Of a DNA stretch of 64,000 nucleotides, positions 9,746 through 21,224 are shown piece after piece; position 1 is the stretch's first letter, and every line of letters begins with the position of its first letter. The notes under the pieces are model-generated. The model had not been told where the DNA came from. It saw only the letters and a list, made by a program, of their open reading frames with translations, and did no database searches. Source of the stretch: Candidatus Eiseniibacteriota bacterium (GTDB taxonomy: Bacteria; Eisenbacteria; RBG-16-71-46; SZUA-252); NCBI GenBank assembly GCA_036380835.1, contig DASVDZ010000081.1, forward strand, positions 18,749 through 82,748. Direction: 5' to 3'. Made by a program: the position numbers and the translations under genes.

Positions 9746-10882
9746 GTGGCGGATGCGATCCGTCCGATGAGCCCGCGCCGGAAGCGATCGCCCGCCGGCG
9801 CGCCGGACGCGCATCATACCAGGAAGCCCGGGGAGTCGGGCGTCCGCGCCCCCGCCGAGCTCGCCGCGTCCGATCCCGAGCTGCGGGGCCTCTGGGAGGC
9901 GGCGCCGCCCCTCGTCGAAGCGAGCCGCGCCTCCACGGTCACGCAGAACATGATCGGTGTGAGCCCCCGGATGCAGCGAATCTTCCGGCTCATCGAGAAG
10001 GTCGCGCCGACCGAGAGCACGGTCCTGATCACGGGCGAGAGCGGCACGGGGAAGGAGATGGTCGCGACGGCGATCCATCTCCAGAGCCGCCGGGCGCACC
10101 GGCCGTTCGTCGTGGTGAACGCCGCCGCCGTCCCCGAGACGCTCTTCGAAAGCGAGCTCTTCGGGCACGTGAAGGGGGCCTTCACCGGCGCCATCGCCGA
10201 CAAGCGCGGGCTCCTCCACCAGGCGGACGGCGGCACCCTCTTCCTCGACGAGGTGGCCGAGATGCCGCTCGCCGTGCAGGCGAAGCTCCTTCGCGCGCTC
10301 CAGAGCGGCGAGGTCCGCCGCGTCGGGGCCGCCGAGACGCTGCACGTCGACGTGCGCGTGATCGCCGCGACGAACCGCGATCTCCCGCGGGCGCTCGCGG
10401 AGGGGCGCCTGCGCGAGGATCTCTTCTACCGCCTGAGCGTCTTCCAGATCGAGATGCCGCCCCTTCGGGAGCGGCGCGAGGACATCCCGCTCCTCGCGAA
10501 CTACTTTCGGCAGCGCTACGCCCGGCGACTCGGGAAGAGGGTCGACCGGTTCACCGAGCGGGCGCAGTTCTATCTCCTTCGCTACGACTACCCGGGGAAC
10601 GTGCGCGAGCTCGAGAACGCCGTCGAGCGCGCGGTGACGCTCGCCGAGCACGGCGAGATCACGCACATGGACCTCCCCCCCACGTTCCGCGACGCCCCGA
10701 TCCGGCTCCTGCAGGAAGGGAGCGCCTTCCCCTACACCGAGACCCTGTCGCTGGCCGATCTCGAGGCGGAGCACATCCGGCGCGTGCTCACGCACTTCGC
10801 CGGGAACGCCACCAAGGCGGCTCGCTCGCTCGGAATTTCCCGGTCGACCTTGTGGCGAAAGATGAGAGAATACGGCCTGTGA
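9746..10882 (+). CDS. Sigma-54-dependent transcriptional activator (bEBP) with no N-terminal receiver or sensor domain (PspF/HrpR-like architecture)
   Basis: AAA+ sigma-54 interaction domain with Walker A GESGTGKE, the GAFTGA loop and ESELFGH, plus a C-terminal Fis-type HTH (ATKAARSLGISRSTLWRKMREYGL). Only ~65 low-complexity residues precede the AAA+ core. The true start may be the internal ATG at 9947 (MIGVSPRMQ). Confidence 0.85.
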   Translation: MADAIRPMSPRRKRSPAGAPDAHHTRKPGESGVRAPAELAASDPELRGLWEAAPPLVEASRASTVTQNMIGVSPRMQRIFRLIEKVAPTESTVLITGESGTGKEMVATAIHLQSRRAHRPFVVVNAAAVPETLFESELFGHVKGAFTGAIADKRGLLHQADGGTLFLDEVAEMPLAVQAKLLRALQSGEVRRVGAAETLHVDVRVIAATNRDLPRALAEGRLREDLFYRLSVFQIEMPPLRERREDIPLLANYFRQRYARRLGKRVDRFTERAQFYLLRYDYPGNVRELENAVERAVTLAEHGEITHMDLPPTFRDAPIRLLQEGSAFPYTETLSLADLEAEHIRRVLTHFAGNATKAARSLGISRSTLWRKMREYGL

Positions 10883-11000
10883 GTGTATCGAAATGGATCA
10901 ATGATACGCTCTATTATGAAACGGTTGACACGGTTTGGAACGCCGACCAAGGCAGGCATGATCTAGGTAAACATAGAAGTTACTTGTAGTTAACGGCGAA
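10883..11000 (+). promoter_or_regulatory. AT-rich upstream region with repeats, a candidate enhancer (UAS) and bending site for the sigma-54 promoter
   Basis: The local GC is far below the genome average. It holds the imperfect palindrome GTGTATC-N13-GATACGC at 10892-10919, the direct repeat ACGGTT-GAC-ACGGTT, and an A/T tract TAGGTAAACATAGAAGTTACTTGTAGTTAAC. Confidence 0.35.
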
Positions 11001-11009
11001 ACTCCTCCG

Positions 11010-11025
11010 TGGCACGGTCGCTGCA
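11010..11025 (+). promoter_or_regulatory. Sigma-54 (RpoN) -24/-12 promoter
   Basis: TGGCACG-GTCG-CTGCA has exact GG/GC spacing against the consensus TGGCACG-N4-TTGCA. It sits 85 nt upstream of the hsp20 start. Confidence 0.7.
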
Positions 11026-11110
11026 GTAAGCTCCCGGTGGTAGACCTGCGCGGGAACCATAGCCGCGCGAAGTGAACCCCAGGAACCCATTCAGCAAGGA
11101 GGAGACGCAT

Positions 11111-11548
11111 ATGGCTCTGGTTCGTTGGAATCCGACCCGCGATCTATTCCGGGACGACATGGCGCGCATCATGGACGAGTTCCTCGGACGCCGGCTCGAC
11201 GTGGAGAGCTCCACGGTCTGGCAGCCCGCCGTCGACATCGAGGAGAACGCGGAAGGATACCTCGTTCGCGCGGAGCTCCCGGGCATGAAGCTCGAGGACA
11301 TCAAGATCACGCTCAGCGAGGGGCAGCTCGTGGTGCGCGGCGAGAAGCGGCGCGAAGAGGAGAAGTCGGGCGCGACCTACCATCGCGTCGAGCGCGTCTA
11401 CGGGACGTTCGAGCGCGCGTTCACCCTCGGTCACGCGGTGAAGACCGACTCGATCGAGGCGACGTATCGCGACGGCGTGCTCGAGGTTCGCGTTCCGAAG
11501 GCCGAGGAGGCCAAGACGCGGGAGATCCCGATCAAGGTCGCGAAGTAG
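11111..11548 (+). CDS. Small heat-shock protein (Hsp20/alpha-crystallin family)
   Basis: AGGAGG RBS then ATG (MALVRWNPTRDLF...). The alpha-crystallin domain reads ...LVRAELPGMKLEDIKITLSEGQLVVRGEK...GTFERAFTL... Confidence 0.9.
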   Translation: MALVRWNPTRDLFRDDMARIMDEFLGRRLDVESSTVWQPAVDIEENAEGYLVRAELPGMKLEDIKITLSEGQLVVRGEKRREEEKSGATYHRVERVYGTFERAFTLGHAVKTDSIEATYRDGVLEVRVPKAEEAKTREIPIKVAK

Positions 11549-11581
11549 CGAGCGGTAGAAGACATCGGCCGGAGAGGGCGA

Positions 11582-11644
11582 GTTCCCGCGAGGGAACGCG
11601 CCCGCCGGCACATCCAGGCGCGGGACGGAGGGTCCGTCCCGCGC
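11582..11644 (+). other. Two perfect hairpins between hsp20 and dnaK
   Basis: GTTCCCGCGAGGGAAC (11582-11597) and GCGCGGGACGG-agggt-CCGTCCCGCGC (11618-11644, 11-bp stem). The second ends 6 nt before the dnaK RBS GGAGGGGG. Confidence 0.5.
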
Positions 11645-11660
11645 GATTCGGAGGGGGACC

Positions 11661-13592
11661 ATGGGAAAGATCATCGGAATCGACCTCGGCACGACGAACT
11701 CGTGCGTCGCCGTGATGGAAGGCGGCGAGCCCGTCGTGATCGCGAACTCCGAGGGAGCCCGAACGACTCCCTCCATCGTCGCGTTCACCAAGGCGGGCGA
11801 GCGCCTCGTCGGACAGGTCGCCAAGCGCCAGGCCGTGACGAATCCGCAGAACACCGTCTACTCGATCAAGCGCTTCATGGGCCGGAAGCACTCGGAGGTG
11901 ATCGAGGAAGAGAAGAACGTGCCCTACGCGGTCAAGGAAGGGCCGGGCGGCCAGGTCGTCGTTCAGCTGGGCGACAAGTCGTACACGCCGCCCGAGATCT
12001 CCGCGATGATCCTCCAGAAGATGAAGCAGACCGCGGAGGACTACCTGGGCGAGAAGGTGACCGAGGCGGTCATCACCGTGCCGGCCTACTTCAACGACTC
12101 GCAGCGCCAGGCGACCAAGGACGCGGGCCGGATCGCTGGCCTCGAGGTGAAGCGGATCATCAACGAGCCGACCGCGGCCGCGCTCGCGTACGGCCTCGAC
12201 AAGAAGAAGGACGAGAAGATCGCCGTCTACGACCTGGGCGGCGGCACGTACGACATTTCCGTGCTCGAGCTGGGCGACGGCGTCTTCGAGGTCAAGTCCA
12301 CGAACGGCGACACGCACCTGGGCGGCGACGACTTCGACAAGCGCGTGATCGACTGGCTCGCCGAGGAGTTCCGGAAGTCGGACGGCATCGACCTCCGCAA
12401 GGACCCGATGGCGCTCCAGCGGCTCAAGGAGGCCGCCGAGAAGGCCAAGATCGAGCTCTCGACCGTCATGCAGACCGACGTGAACCTGCCGTTCATCACG
12501 GCCGACGCGAACGGGCCGAAGCACCTGAACCTGACGCTGACCCGGGCGAAGTACGAGCAGCTCGTCGACGATCTCATCCAGCGGACGATCGAGCCGATGG
12601 AGCGCGCGCTCGCGGACGCGGGGCTCAAGCCGACGGAAATCGACGAGGTGATCCTGGTCGGCGGCGCGACGCGCACGCCGAAGGTCCAGGAGGTCGTGAA
12701 GAAGTTCTTCGGCAAGGAGCCGCACAAGGGCGTGAACCCGGACGAGGTCGTAGCGATCGGCGCGGCCATCCAGGGCGGCGTCCTCGCGGGCGACGTGAAG
12801 GACGTGCTCCTGCTCGACGTGACGCCCCTGTCGCTCGGGATCGAGACCCTGGGCGGCGTGATGACGAAGCTGATCGAGCGGAACACGACGATTCCGACCA
12901 AGAAGACCGAGGTCTTCTCGACCGCGGCGGACGGTCAGACGACGGTGGAGATCCACGTGCTCCAGGGCGAGCGCGACCTGGCGGTCGACAACAAGACGAT
13001 CGGCCGGTTCCAGCTCACCGGCATTCCGCCGGCCCCGCGCGGGATCCCTCAGATCGAGGTGACGTTCGACATCGACGCGAACGGCATCCTCCACGTCTCG
13101 GCGCGCGACAAGGCGACCGGCAAGGAGCAGAAGATCCGGATCGAGGCGAGCGGCGGGCTGACCGAGCAGGAGATCAAGAAGATGGTCAGCGACGCGGAGG
13201 TCCACGCCTCGGAGGACAAGAAGAAGCGCGAGGAGATCGAGGTGAAGAACCGCGCCGACGCGCTCGCGTACGAGACGGAGAAGAACCTCAAGGAGTTGTC
13301 CGAGAAGATGGACGGCGCCGACAAGGCGAAGGTCGAGAGCGCGCTCGCCGACCTCAAGAAGGCGATCGAGTCCGGCGGAACCGAGTCGATCCGCACGGCC
13401 AGCGAGGCGATGAGCCGCGCGTGGAACGAGGTGTCGAGCAAGCTCTACGCGGAAGCCGGGAAGTCGGGTCCGGCGGGTCCCGGCGCCGGCCCCGAGGGCG
13501 GGGACGCGGGGGGCGGCCCGTCCGCGGAGGGCGGCAAGAGGAAGGACGGCGGCGACGGGGCGGTGGACGCGGACTACGAGGTCGTGAAGTAG
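11661..13592 (+). CDS. dnaK: Chaperone DnaK (Hsp70)
   Basis: [18 protein letters not shown]..., DLGGGTFD, a full-length 643-aa Hsp70 with a Gly-rich C-terminal tail. Confidence 0.98.
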   Translation: MGKIIGIDLGTTNSCVAVMEGGEPVVIANSEGARTTPSIVAFTKAGERLVGQVAKRQAVTNPQNTVYSIKRFMGRKHSEVIEEEKNVPYAVKEGPGGQVVVQLGDKSYTPPEISAMILQKMKQTAEDYLGEKVTEAVITVPAYFNDSQRQATKDAGRIAGLEVKRIINEPTAAALAYGLDKKKDEKIAVYDLGGGTYDISVLELGDGVFEVKSTNGDTHLGGDDFDKRVIDWLAEEFRKSDGIDLRKDPMALQRLKEAAEKAKIELSTVMQTDVNLPFITADANGPKHLNLTLTRAKYEQLVDDLIQRTIEPMERALADAGLKPTEIDEVILVGGATRTPKVQEVVKKFFGKEPHKGVNPDEVVAIGAAIQGGVLAGDVKDVLLLDVTPLSLGIETLGGVMTKLIERNTTIPTKKTEVFSTAADGQTTVEIHVLQGERDLAVDNKTIGRFQLTGIPPAPRGIPQIEVTFDIDANGILHVSARDKATGKEQKIRIEASGGLTEQEIKKMVSDAEVHASEDKKKREEIEVKNRADALAYETEKNLKELSEKMDGADKAKVESALADLKKAIESGGTESIRTASEAMSRAWNEVSSKLYAEAGKSGPAGPGAGPEGGDAGGGPSAEGGKRKDGGDGAVDADYEVVK

Positions 13593-13608
13593 CGGGCGCC
13601 GGAACGGA

Positions 13609-16023
13609 TCACGTTGCTTCGGGGCCTCCGCGGGGAACCCCGCGGGGGCCTTCCTGTTTCCTTCGCTCCCCGTGCCGCCGCCAGATCAGGCGCGCGGGCG
13701 CCTGCGTGAGCGCGATCACGACGAGGAGCCCCGCGTGCGCCACCGCGTAGCGCGCGATCAGCGCGGCCCCGCTCACGTAGTGCGCCCGGTCGGGGCTCAG
13801 CAGGAACTGCATCGCCGAGAAGGTTCGATCGTACTTCTCGATCACGCCCGCCGTGCCGAGCGTGAGCGCGATCCATCCCACCGGGAGGGTCGCCGCGGCG
13901 AGGGCCGCCGCGACCACGCGGCGGGTCCCGCGTCCGGGGAGCGCCGCCAGGGCCGATCCTCCGGTCGCCACGGCCAGGAGCCACGCGCCGAGCATGACCG
14001 ACGCGCCGAGGCCGCCGCCGCCGGCCATCAGCTCCGTCAGATTGTCGGTCGCCGCGCGCGTCACGACGACCCAGTGCGCCACGGCGAGCGCCGGTACCGC
14101 CGTGACCGCCCAGCGAAGGAACGCGCGCCCGTAGTGGCGCCGCCGCGCTCCGGCCAGGAAGCCCGCGAGGAGCGCGCCTCCCGTCAGGAGCATCGATACC
14201 GCCCCGAAGAGCGCGACGAAGCGTCCGATCATCTCCAGCTCCAACGGCCACTCGAGGACGGGTGATCCCACCACGTCGTGGATCGCCTCCATCGGGACGA
14301 CGGCGCGCACGGCGACCCACGCGGCGAGGGCGTGCGCCAGCGCGAGCGCCGGGAGATACGCGGCGCGGCGCCACCCGTCGTGAGCGGCCCAGCGGGCCGC
14401 GAGGAGCGGGGGAGCGAACGCGGCGAAGAGGACCAGGGGAAACCCGGCGACGGCGAGCGCGGTGCCGCCGCGCCCGAATAGCTCGCGCACGTTGTAGGGC
14501 ACGCCCGGGGAGAGCGCCGCCACGGCCGAGATCGAGACGAGCGCCGCGTAGCCGACCGCGAGCGCGATCGCGGCGCCGCGGAGCGTCCAGCCCCGGCGGA
14601 CCGTCGCGCCGTCTTCCGGTGGGGAGTCCACGCGCGGCGCGGGGTCGGGAGCGATCGCCGCCGTCCGGGGAGGCGCCGCGGCCATCCGCCGCGCGATCGC
14701 GCGGGCGCCCGCGTATCCCGCGGCGCCCCCCACGGCGGCGAGGAGCCAATCGGCCGAATCGGGCGTCTTGCTCGGCAGGAAGACCTGCACCGCCTCGATC
14801 AGGAAGGCGCCGGCGCCGATCGCGGCGACCGACCCGGCGGCGGCCGCGCGCCGTGCCCGCGCGCCGCGCACGCGCGCGAAGACCACCGCGAGGGCCACGC
14901 CGAGCGGGACGAAGAGGAACACGTTCTTGAGGAGTTCGTCGAAGGCGACGTACTCGGTGCCGGTCCAGTAGGCTCGGAACGGGACGGAGAAGAGGAGGCC
15001 GACGCGCGGATCGATGACGGCCCGCACGTATTCGAAGTCGTACGGATACCACGAGGCCGCGGCCACGAAGGCCGCCCATCCGAAGAAGGCGACGAGCGCG
15101 ACCCAGGGCGCGCGCGAGCCGTGTCCCGCCACCGCGGCGGCCGCCGCGGGGCCGCGGGGGCGGATCCGCGTTCCGAGCCAGGCGCCGAGCGCGCCGCCCG
15201 CGGCGGCGCAGATCACGTCGGTCACGTCGCAGACCCGGCTCTGCACGAGGAGCTGCGCCGCCTCGACCGCCATCGCGAGGAGCACGGTGAGGCACCACCC
15301 GACCGACGGCGCGCCGCGGCCGATCGTCCAGAGCGCCGGGAGCGGGAGCCAGAGCGCCGCCTCGATCCCGAGCGACCAGAGCGCCTCGATCGGGCTTCGA
15401 CCGAGCCCCGAGAACGGGACCAGGTGGATCATGCCGCGGTGCCACTTCTCGTAGATCACGTGGGGGCTCGAGGTGAGGTCGAGCGGCATGAGGTCGTAGA
15501 GGAGGAGAAAGGCGACGTAGGGCGGGAGGAGCCAGCGGGCGACGCCTTCGCGGCCGCTCACCTCCCCCCAGCGGTCGAGCGCGGCCCGAACCCGATCGCC
15601 CGCGATCCACCACCCGATCACGCCCATCGCGGCTCCGATCGAGCCCGCGATCACGTCGTAGAAGGAGACCGAGCGCGCGGGAACGTAGATCTGCGCGAAC
15701 TCGAGCGCCATGACGAAGAGGAGGCCGGCGAGCCAGACCGCGGCGCTCCGGAGGATCCCCGCGAAACCCCGGGGTCGCGCGCCGAGGACTCCCGCCCAGA
15801 GGAAGGCGAAGACGGCGAAGAGGATCACGTTCGCCGTGAAGTCGGAGCGGTAGAGGCGCCCCAGGTGGAGCGTGAGGATGGGACGGTAGCGCGCCAGCGC
15901 CGCGGCCCACGCCACCGGGGCGAACCGGAGCGGGACGAGGCACCCGTAGACGACGAAGAGGGTATAGCCGATCGCGGGGAAACGGAGCGCGCGGACTCCG
16001 GCCTGGCTTCGAATGCGGTTCAA
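13609..16023 (-). CDS. Large polytopic membrane protein containing several tandem VanZ-like domains
   Basis: 804 aa, about 20 predicted TM helices. The VanZ-type segments (RSDFTANVILF...EFAQ..., ...DVTDVICAAAGGALG...) recur three times. Confidence 0.6.
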   Translation of the reverse strand: MNRIRSQAGVRALRFPAIGYTLFVVYGCLVPLRFAPVAWAAALARYRPILTLHLGRLYRSDFTANVILFAVFAFLWAGVLGARPRGFAGILRSAAVWLAGLLFVMALEFAQIYVPARSVSFYDVIAGSIGAAMGVIGWWIAGDRVRAALDRWGEVSGREGVARWLLPPYVAFLLLYDLMPLDLTSSPHVIYEKWHRGMIHLVPFSGLGRSPIEALWSLGIEAALWLPLPALWTIGRGAPSVGWCLTVLLAMAVEAAQLLVQSRVCDVTDVICAAAGGALGAWLGTRIRPRGPAAAAAVAGHGSRAPWVALVAFFGWAAFVAAASWYPYDFEYVRAVIDPRVGLLFSVPFRAYWTGTEYVAFDELLKNVFLFVPLGVALAVVFARVRGARARRAAAAGSVAAIGAGAFLIEAVQVFLPSKTPDSADWLLAAVGGAAGYAGARAIARRMAAAPPRTAAIAPDPAPRVDSPPEDGATVRRGWTLRGAAIALAVGYAALVSISAVAALSPGVPYNVRELFGRGGTALAVAGFPLVLFAAFAPPLLAARWAAHDGWRRAAYLPALALAHALAAWVAVRAVVPMEAIHDVVGSPVLEWPLELEMIGRFVALFGAVSMLLTGGALLAGFLAGARRRHYGRAFLRWAVTAVPALAVAHWVVVTRAATDNLTELMAGGGGLGASVMLGAWLLAVATGGSALAALPGRGTRRVVAAALAAATLPVGWIALTLGTAGVIEKYDRTFSAMQFLLSPDRAHYVSGAALIARYAVAHAGLLVVIALTQAPARLIWRRHGERRKQEGPRGVPRGGPEAT
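13623..13662 (+). terminator. Probable intrinsic terminator of dnaK, lying inside the 3' coding end of the convergent gene
   Basis: A 12-13 bp GC stem (GGCCTCCGCGGGG / CCCCGCGGGGGCC) is followed by the T-rich TTCCTGTTTCCTT. Confidence 0.45.
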
Positions 16024-16251
16024 CCGGTACCCTCGTCCTCGTCGTGATCGGGCGGAGGGCGCGCGGAGACCGCGCGACGGCGCGCCCGGGGGGGCTCGAG
16101 CCCGCCGATGGAAGCACGGAGCGCCGCCTCTTGGCCAGCGTTCGATTCCGCCCCCGCGCGAATCCGGGTCGCGATCGACGCGCCGGTACGTACTCCAGGG
16201 TGAACGATCCTACCGCGTCCGTACCCGAACCCCCATCCACGGAGACCGATC

Positions 16252-16749
16252 ATGCGCGAGACCCCATTCGAGAAGGCGACCTTCGCGGCCGGCTGCTTCT
16301 GGGGCGTCGAGTCGACGTTCCGGGCGGTGCCCGGCGTCGTCGACGCCGTCTGCGGCTACACCGGCGGCCGGACGGCCGATCCAACCTACGAGCAGGTCTG
16401 CTCGGGGCGCACCGGCCACGCCGAGGCGGTCGAGGTGAGCTACGACCCGGCCCGCGTGACGTACGAACAGCTCCTCGACGTCTTCTGGGAGAACCACGAC
16501 CCGACGACGCCGAACCGACAGGGACCCGACGTCGGCGAGCAGTACCGCTCAGCCGTCTACTTCCGCACGATCGACCAGGAGCGGTCGGCCCGGGCGCGGA
16601 AGGAGGCGCTCCAGGCGGAGGGGCGGTTCCGCCGCCCGATCGTCACGGAGATCACTCCCGCGGGCCCGTTCTACCGGGCCGAGGAGTACCACCAGCGCTA
16701 TTTCGAGCGCCGGGGCATCGCCCCGACGTGCCACCTGCCGGGCCGGTAA
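16252..16749 (+). CDS. msrA: Peptide methionine sulfoxide reductase MsrA
   Basis: Active-site GCFWG(VES) and YHQ(RYFER). 165 aa. Confidence 0.95.
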   Translation: MRETPFEKATFAAGCFWGVESTFRAVPGVVDAVCGYTGGRTADPTYEQVCSGRTGHAEAVEVSYDPARVTYEQLLDVFWENHDPTTPNRQGPDVGEQYRSAVYFRTIDQERSARARKEALQAEGRFRRPIVTEITPAGPFYRAEEYHQRYFERRGIAPTCHLPGR

Positions 16750-16914
16750 CCGGGCCAAAAGGAGCCGGCTCCGGCCGGACGCCGGGCGGAATCGCACCGC
16801 CCCGCGTCTCCCTCTCCTTCCTCTCCCCTTGTCGGGCCTGCACTTATCGGTGCGGGCCCGTTTCATGCTTCCCGGCCTCTCGAGGGCCGCGAATCGCCGC
16901 GCCCGGAGGAGGCA

Positions 16915-19550
16915 GATTGGGAGCCACGGGCAGCTCGCTCTTCGCGCACTTCCCCCACCCCGCGTGGATCTACGACACCGCGACCCTCCGCTTCCTGGAG
17001 GTCAACCCCGCGGCCGTCTCGAGTTATGGATACTCGCGCGACGAGTTCCTCGCCATGTCCCTGGAGGAGATCCGTCCTCCGGCGGAGGTCGTGGAATTGC
17101 GACGACAGCTCGCCCGGATCGCGGCCGGGGGCCCCGGAGTCTCGAATTTCTCCGAGGTGACGCATCGGCGGAAGGACGGCAGCACCCTCCTCGTGGAGAT
17201 CTCGTCCCGGCCGATCCGGTACCACGGACGCCCGGCCCGACTCGTCACGGCGGTCGACATCACCGACCGCGCGCGGGCGACGGCCGCGCTCCGGGCGAGC
17301 GAGGAGCAGTTCCGGACGATCGCCGACAACCTTCCGGCGGTGGTGTGGATGGTCGGTCCCGACGGCCTATGCACCTGGACGAACCAGCGATGGCTGTCCC
17401 TCACCGGGACCCGCCTCGAGGATAACCTCGGCGCGGGCTGGGCCGCTTCGGTGCACCCGGACGATCGGGAGCGCGCGATGGCGACCTTCGGCGCGGCGCT
17501 CGCCTCTCGAGCCCCGCTGGCCATGGAGTTCCGGGTCCGGACGATCGACGGGACCACCCCGTGGTTCGTCGTCCTGGCCGAGCCTCGGTTCGCCGCCGAC
17601 GGGTCCTTCCTGGGCTACATCGGGACCTGCACCGAAGCCGAGGCGATTCGTCAGGCGAGGGAGACGGTCCGCCTCTACGAGCAGGTCGTCGAGCGCATGA
17701 CGATGGGACTCTGCGTTTGGCACCTCGACGATCCCGGCGACCCCGAGAGCCTGCGTCTGGTCGCGGCGAATCCGGCGGCGTCGACCTTCACCGGACTCGA
17801 CATGCCCGGTGCGATCGGCCGGTCGATCGGGGAGTGCTTCACCACGGCCCTCGAGTTCGGGCTTCCCGAGAAGATCCAGAGGACGATCCAGACGGGCGCC
17901 GAGCGCGACCTGGGACGCATCCGCTACTCCGACGACCGGGTCGCCGAGCGCGTCTTCGACGTGAAGGTCTTTCCGCTCCCCGGCGATTGCGCGGGGGTCG
18001 TCTTCGAGGACGTGACCGCCGAGTCGCAATCGGAGCTGGCGACGACGCGGCAGAAGGAACTCCTGGAGACGATCTTCGACCACATCCCGGTGATGATCGC
18101 CCTCCTGGGCCCGGACGGGATCGTGAAGCTCGTGAACGGCGCCTTCCGGCGGACCCTCGGGTACACGCTCGAGGATGTCCGCTCCCCGGAGTTCCTCGAG
18201 ATGCTCTACCCGGATCCGGAGTACCGCCGCCAGGTCTTCGGGTTCATCGAGAAGGCCGACGGGCGCTTCGCGGACTTCCGCACGACCGCGCGCGACGGCC
18301 ATGTCATCGAGGCGATGTGGGCGAACGTCCGCCTGAGCGACGGCTCCCTGATCGGGATCGGCCAGGATCAGACCGAGCGAAAGCGGCTCGAGGATCAGCT
18401 CCGCCAGGCGCAGAAGCTCGAATCGGTCGGAAGGCTCGCCGGCGGCGTCGCGCACGACTTCAACAACCTGCTGACCGTGATCATCGGGTTCGTGGGGCTG
18501 GGCCGCCAGCAGTTCGCGCCCGATCACCCGGTGCAGCGATCGATGGACGAGATCGGCAAGGCGGCCGACCGCGCGGCCGCGCTCACCCGCCAGCTGCTCG
18601 CCTTCAGCCGAAAGGAAGTGATCCGGGCCGAGGCGCTCGACCTGGGGCAGACCATCGGCGGGATGAGCGGAATGCTCCGGCGGCTGATCGGCGAGGACAT
18701 CCGGCTCCATACGGAGATCGGCGGCGGCGACATGACCGTGCTCGCCGACCGGGGACAGATCGACCAGGTGGTCATGAACCTCGCAGTCAACGCCCGGGAC
18801 GCCATGCCGCAGGGCGGCGACCTCCACATCGGCGTCGACGCGGATTCGGGGCCGAGGGGTGCCTCCCGAGCCGTTCACCTGTCGATCCGAGACACGGGAT
18901 GCGGCATGACCGAGGACGTGAAGCGCCAGATCTTCGAGCCCTTCTTCACCACGAAGCCGGTGGGAGAGGGGACGGGGCTGGGCCTCGCGACGGTCTACGG
19001 CATCGTGCACCAGGCGGGGGGCACGATCGACGTGGAGAGCGAGCCGGGCATGGGGACGACCTTCCACATCCGGCTGCCGCTCCACGCGCGCCCGGCGCCC
19101 GCCGCGGCGAAGGGGCGCGTCGAGGAGGCGGCGCCGGGCGGCGGCGAGACGGTGCTGGTCATCGAGGACGAGGACGCCGTGCGGCGGCTCATCGTCGCCG
19201 TGCTCCAGGGCGCGGGGTATGCGGTGCTCGAGGCCGCGGGGGCCCTGGACGCGATCGGGCACGCCTCGGATTCGGCGACGCCGATCGACCTCATCCTCTC
19301 CGACCTCGTGATGCCCGGGCTCAACGGGCGCGAAGTCGTCGAACGGGTCGAGATGCTTCGGCCCGACGTGCCCAAGCTCTACATGTCGGGTTACACCAAC
19401 GACGCCATCGTGCGCCGGGGGATCGAGACCGGCGACGCGCCCTTCCTCCAGAAGCCTTTCTCACCCGCGGTCCTGCTCCGGCGGGTGCGGGAAATTCTCG
19501 ACGGCGGCGCGGCCCGGCGCCGGTCCATGCGTTCGTCGATTTCCCGCTAA
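16915..19550 (+). CDS. Hybrid sensor histidine kinase (three PAS domains, HisKA, HATPase_c and a C-terminal receiver)
   Basis: TTG start 9 nt after GGAGGAGG. H-box VAHDFNNLLTVI, ATPase boxes ...NLAVNARDAM... and GTGLGLATVYGIV, a receiver with ...DLILSDLVMPGLNG... and ...FLQKPF. The upstream 870 nt of track ORF 16044..19550 is alternate-frame junk overlapping msrA. Confidence 0.85.
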
Positions 19551-19630
19551 GCATTCGGAACCCTTCCGCCGATACCTCCCACGTCGCCGGGGCGCCACGC
19601 GCCCGGACCAGAACGGGGGAGCACAACTCC

Positions 19631-21058
<1,428 letters not shown>

Positions 21059-21224
21059 CCCCGCCGCCCCCCGCCGCGGCCCAGCCCCATCCCGTCCGCG
21101 GCGGTCCGCGTGGCTCGATCCGGCCCAATCGCCTTGACAGTGGCCTTGCCCCATCCGTAGCCTCATCGACGAATCCCGAACCGTTCGTTTCCCATCCCGC
21201 ATCCATGCCAAGAGGAAACCCCCA

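Noticed and set aside
11549-11660. CIRCE (HrcA operator) or classical sigma-32 promoter upstream of dnaK.
   Set aside because: No TTAGCACTC-N9-GAGTGCTAA-like element and no CTTGAA/CCCCAT-type hexamers were found. Only GC-rich palindromes are present.
16130-16160. tRNA-like T-arm string GTTCGATTCCGCCC between the VanZ gene and msrA.
   Set aside because: The flanking sequence cannot form a T-stem or acceptor stem, and no anticodon arm or D-arm is present.
16044-16914. 5' extensions of long track ORFs (16044..19550, 17561..21058, 22922..25075, 32142..34319, 35839..37776, 51463..52056, 51935..52744, 52069..53526, 52998..54443) as real N-termini.
   Set aside because: The extensions are low-complexity, overlap upstream genes in another frame, and are followed by good internal RBS-plus-start combinations at the positions used in the feature list.
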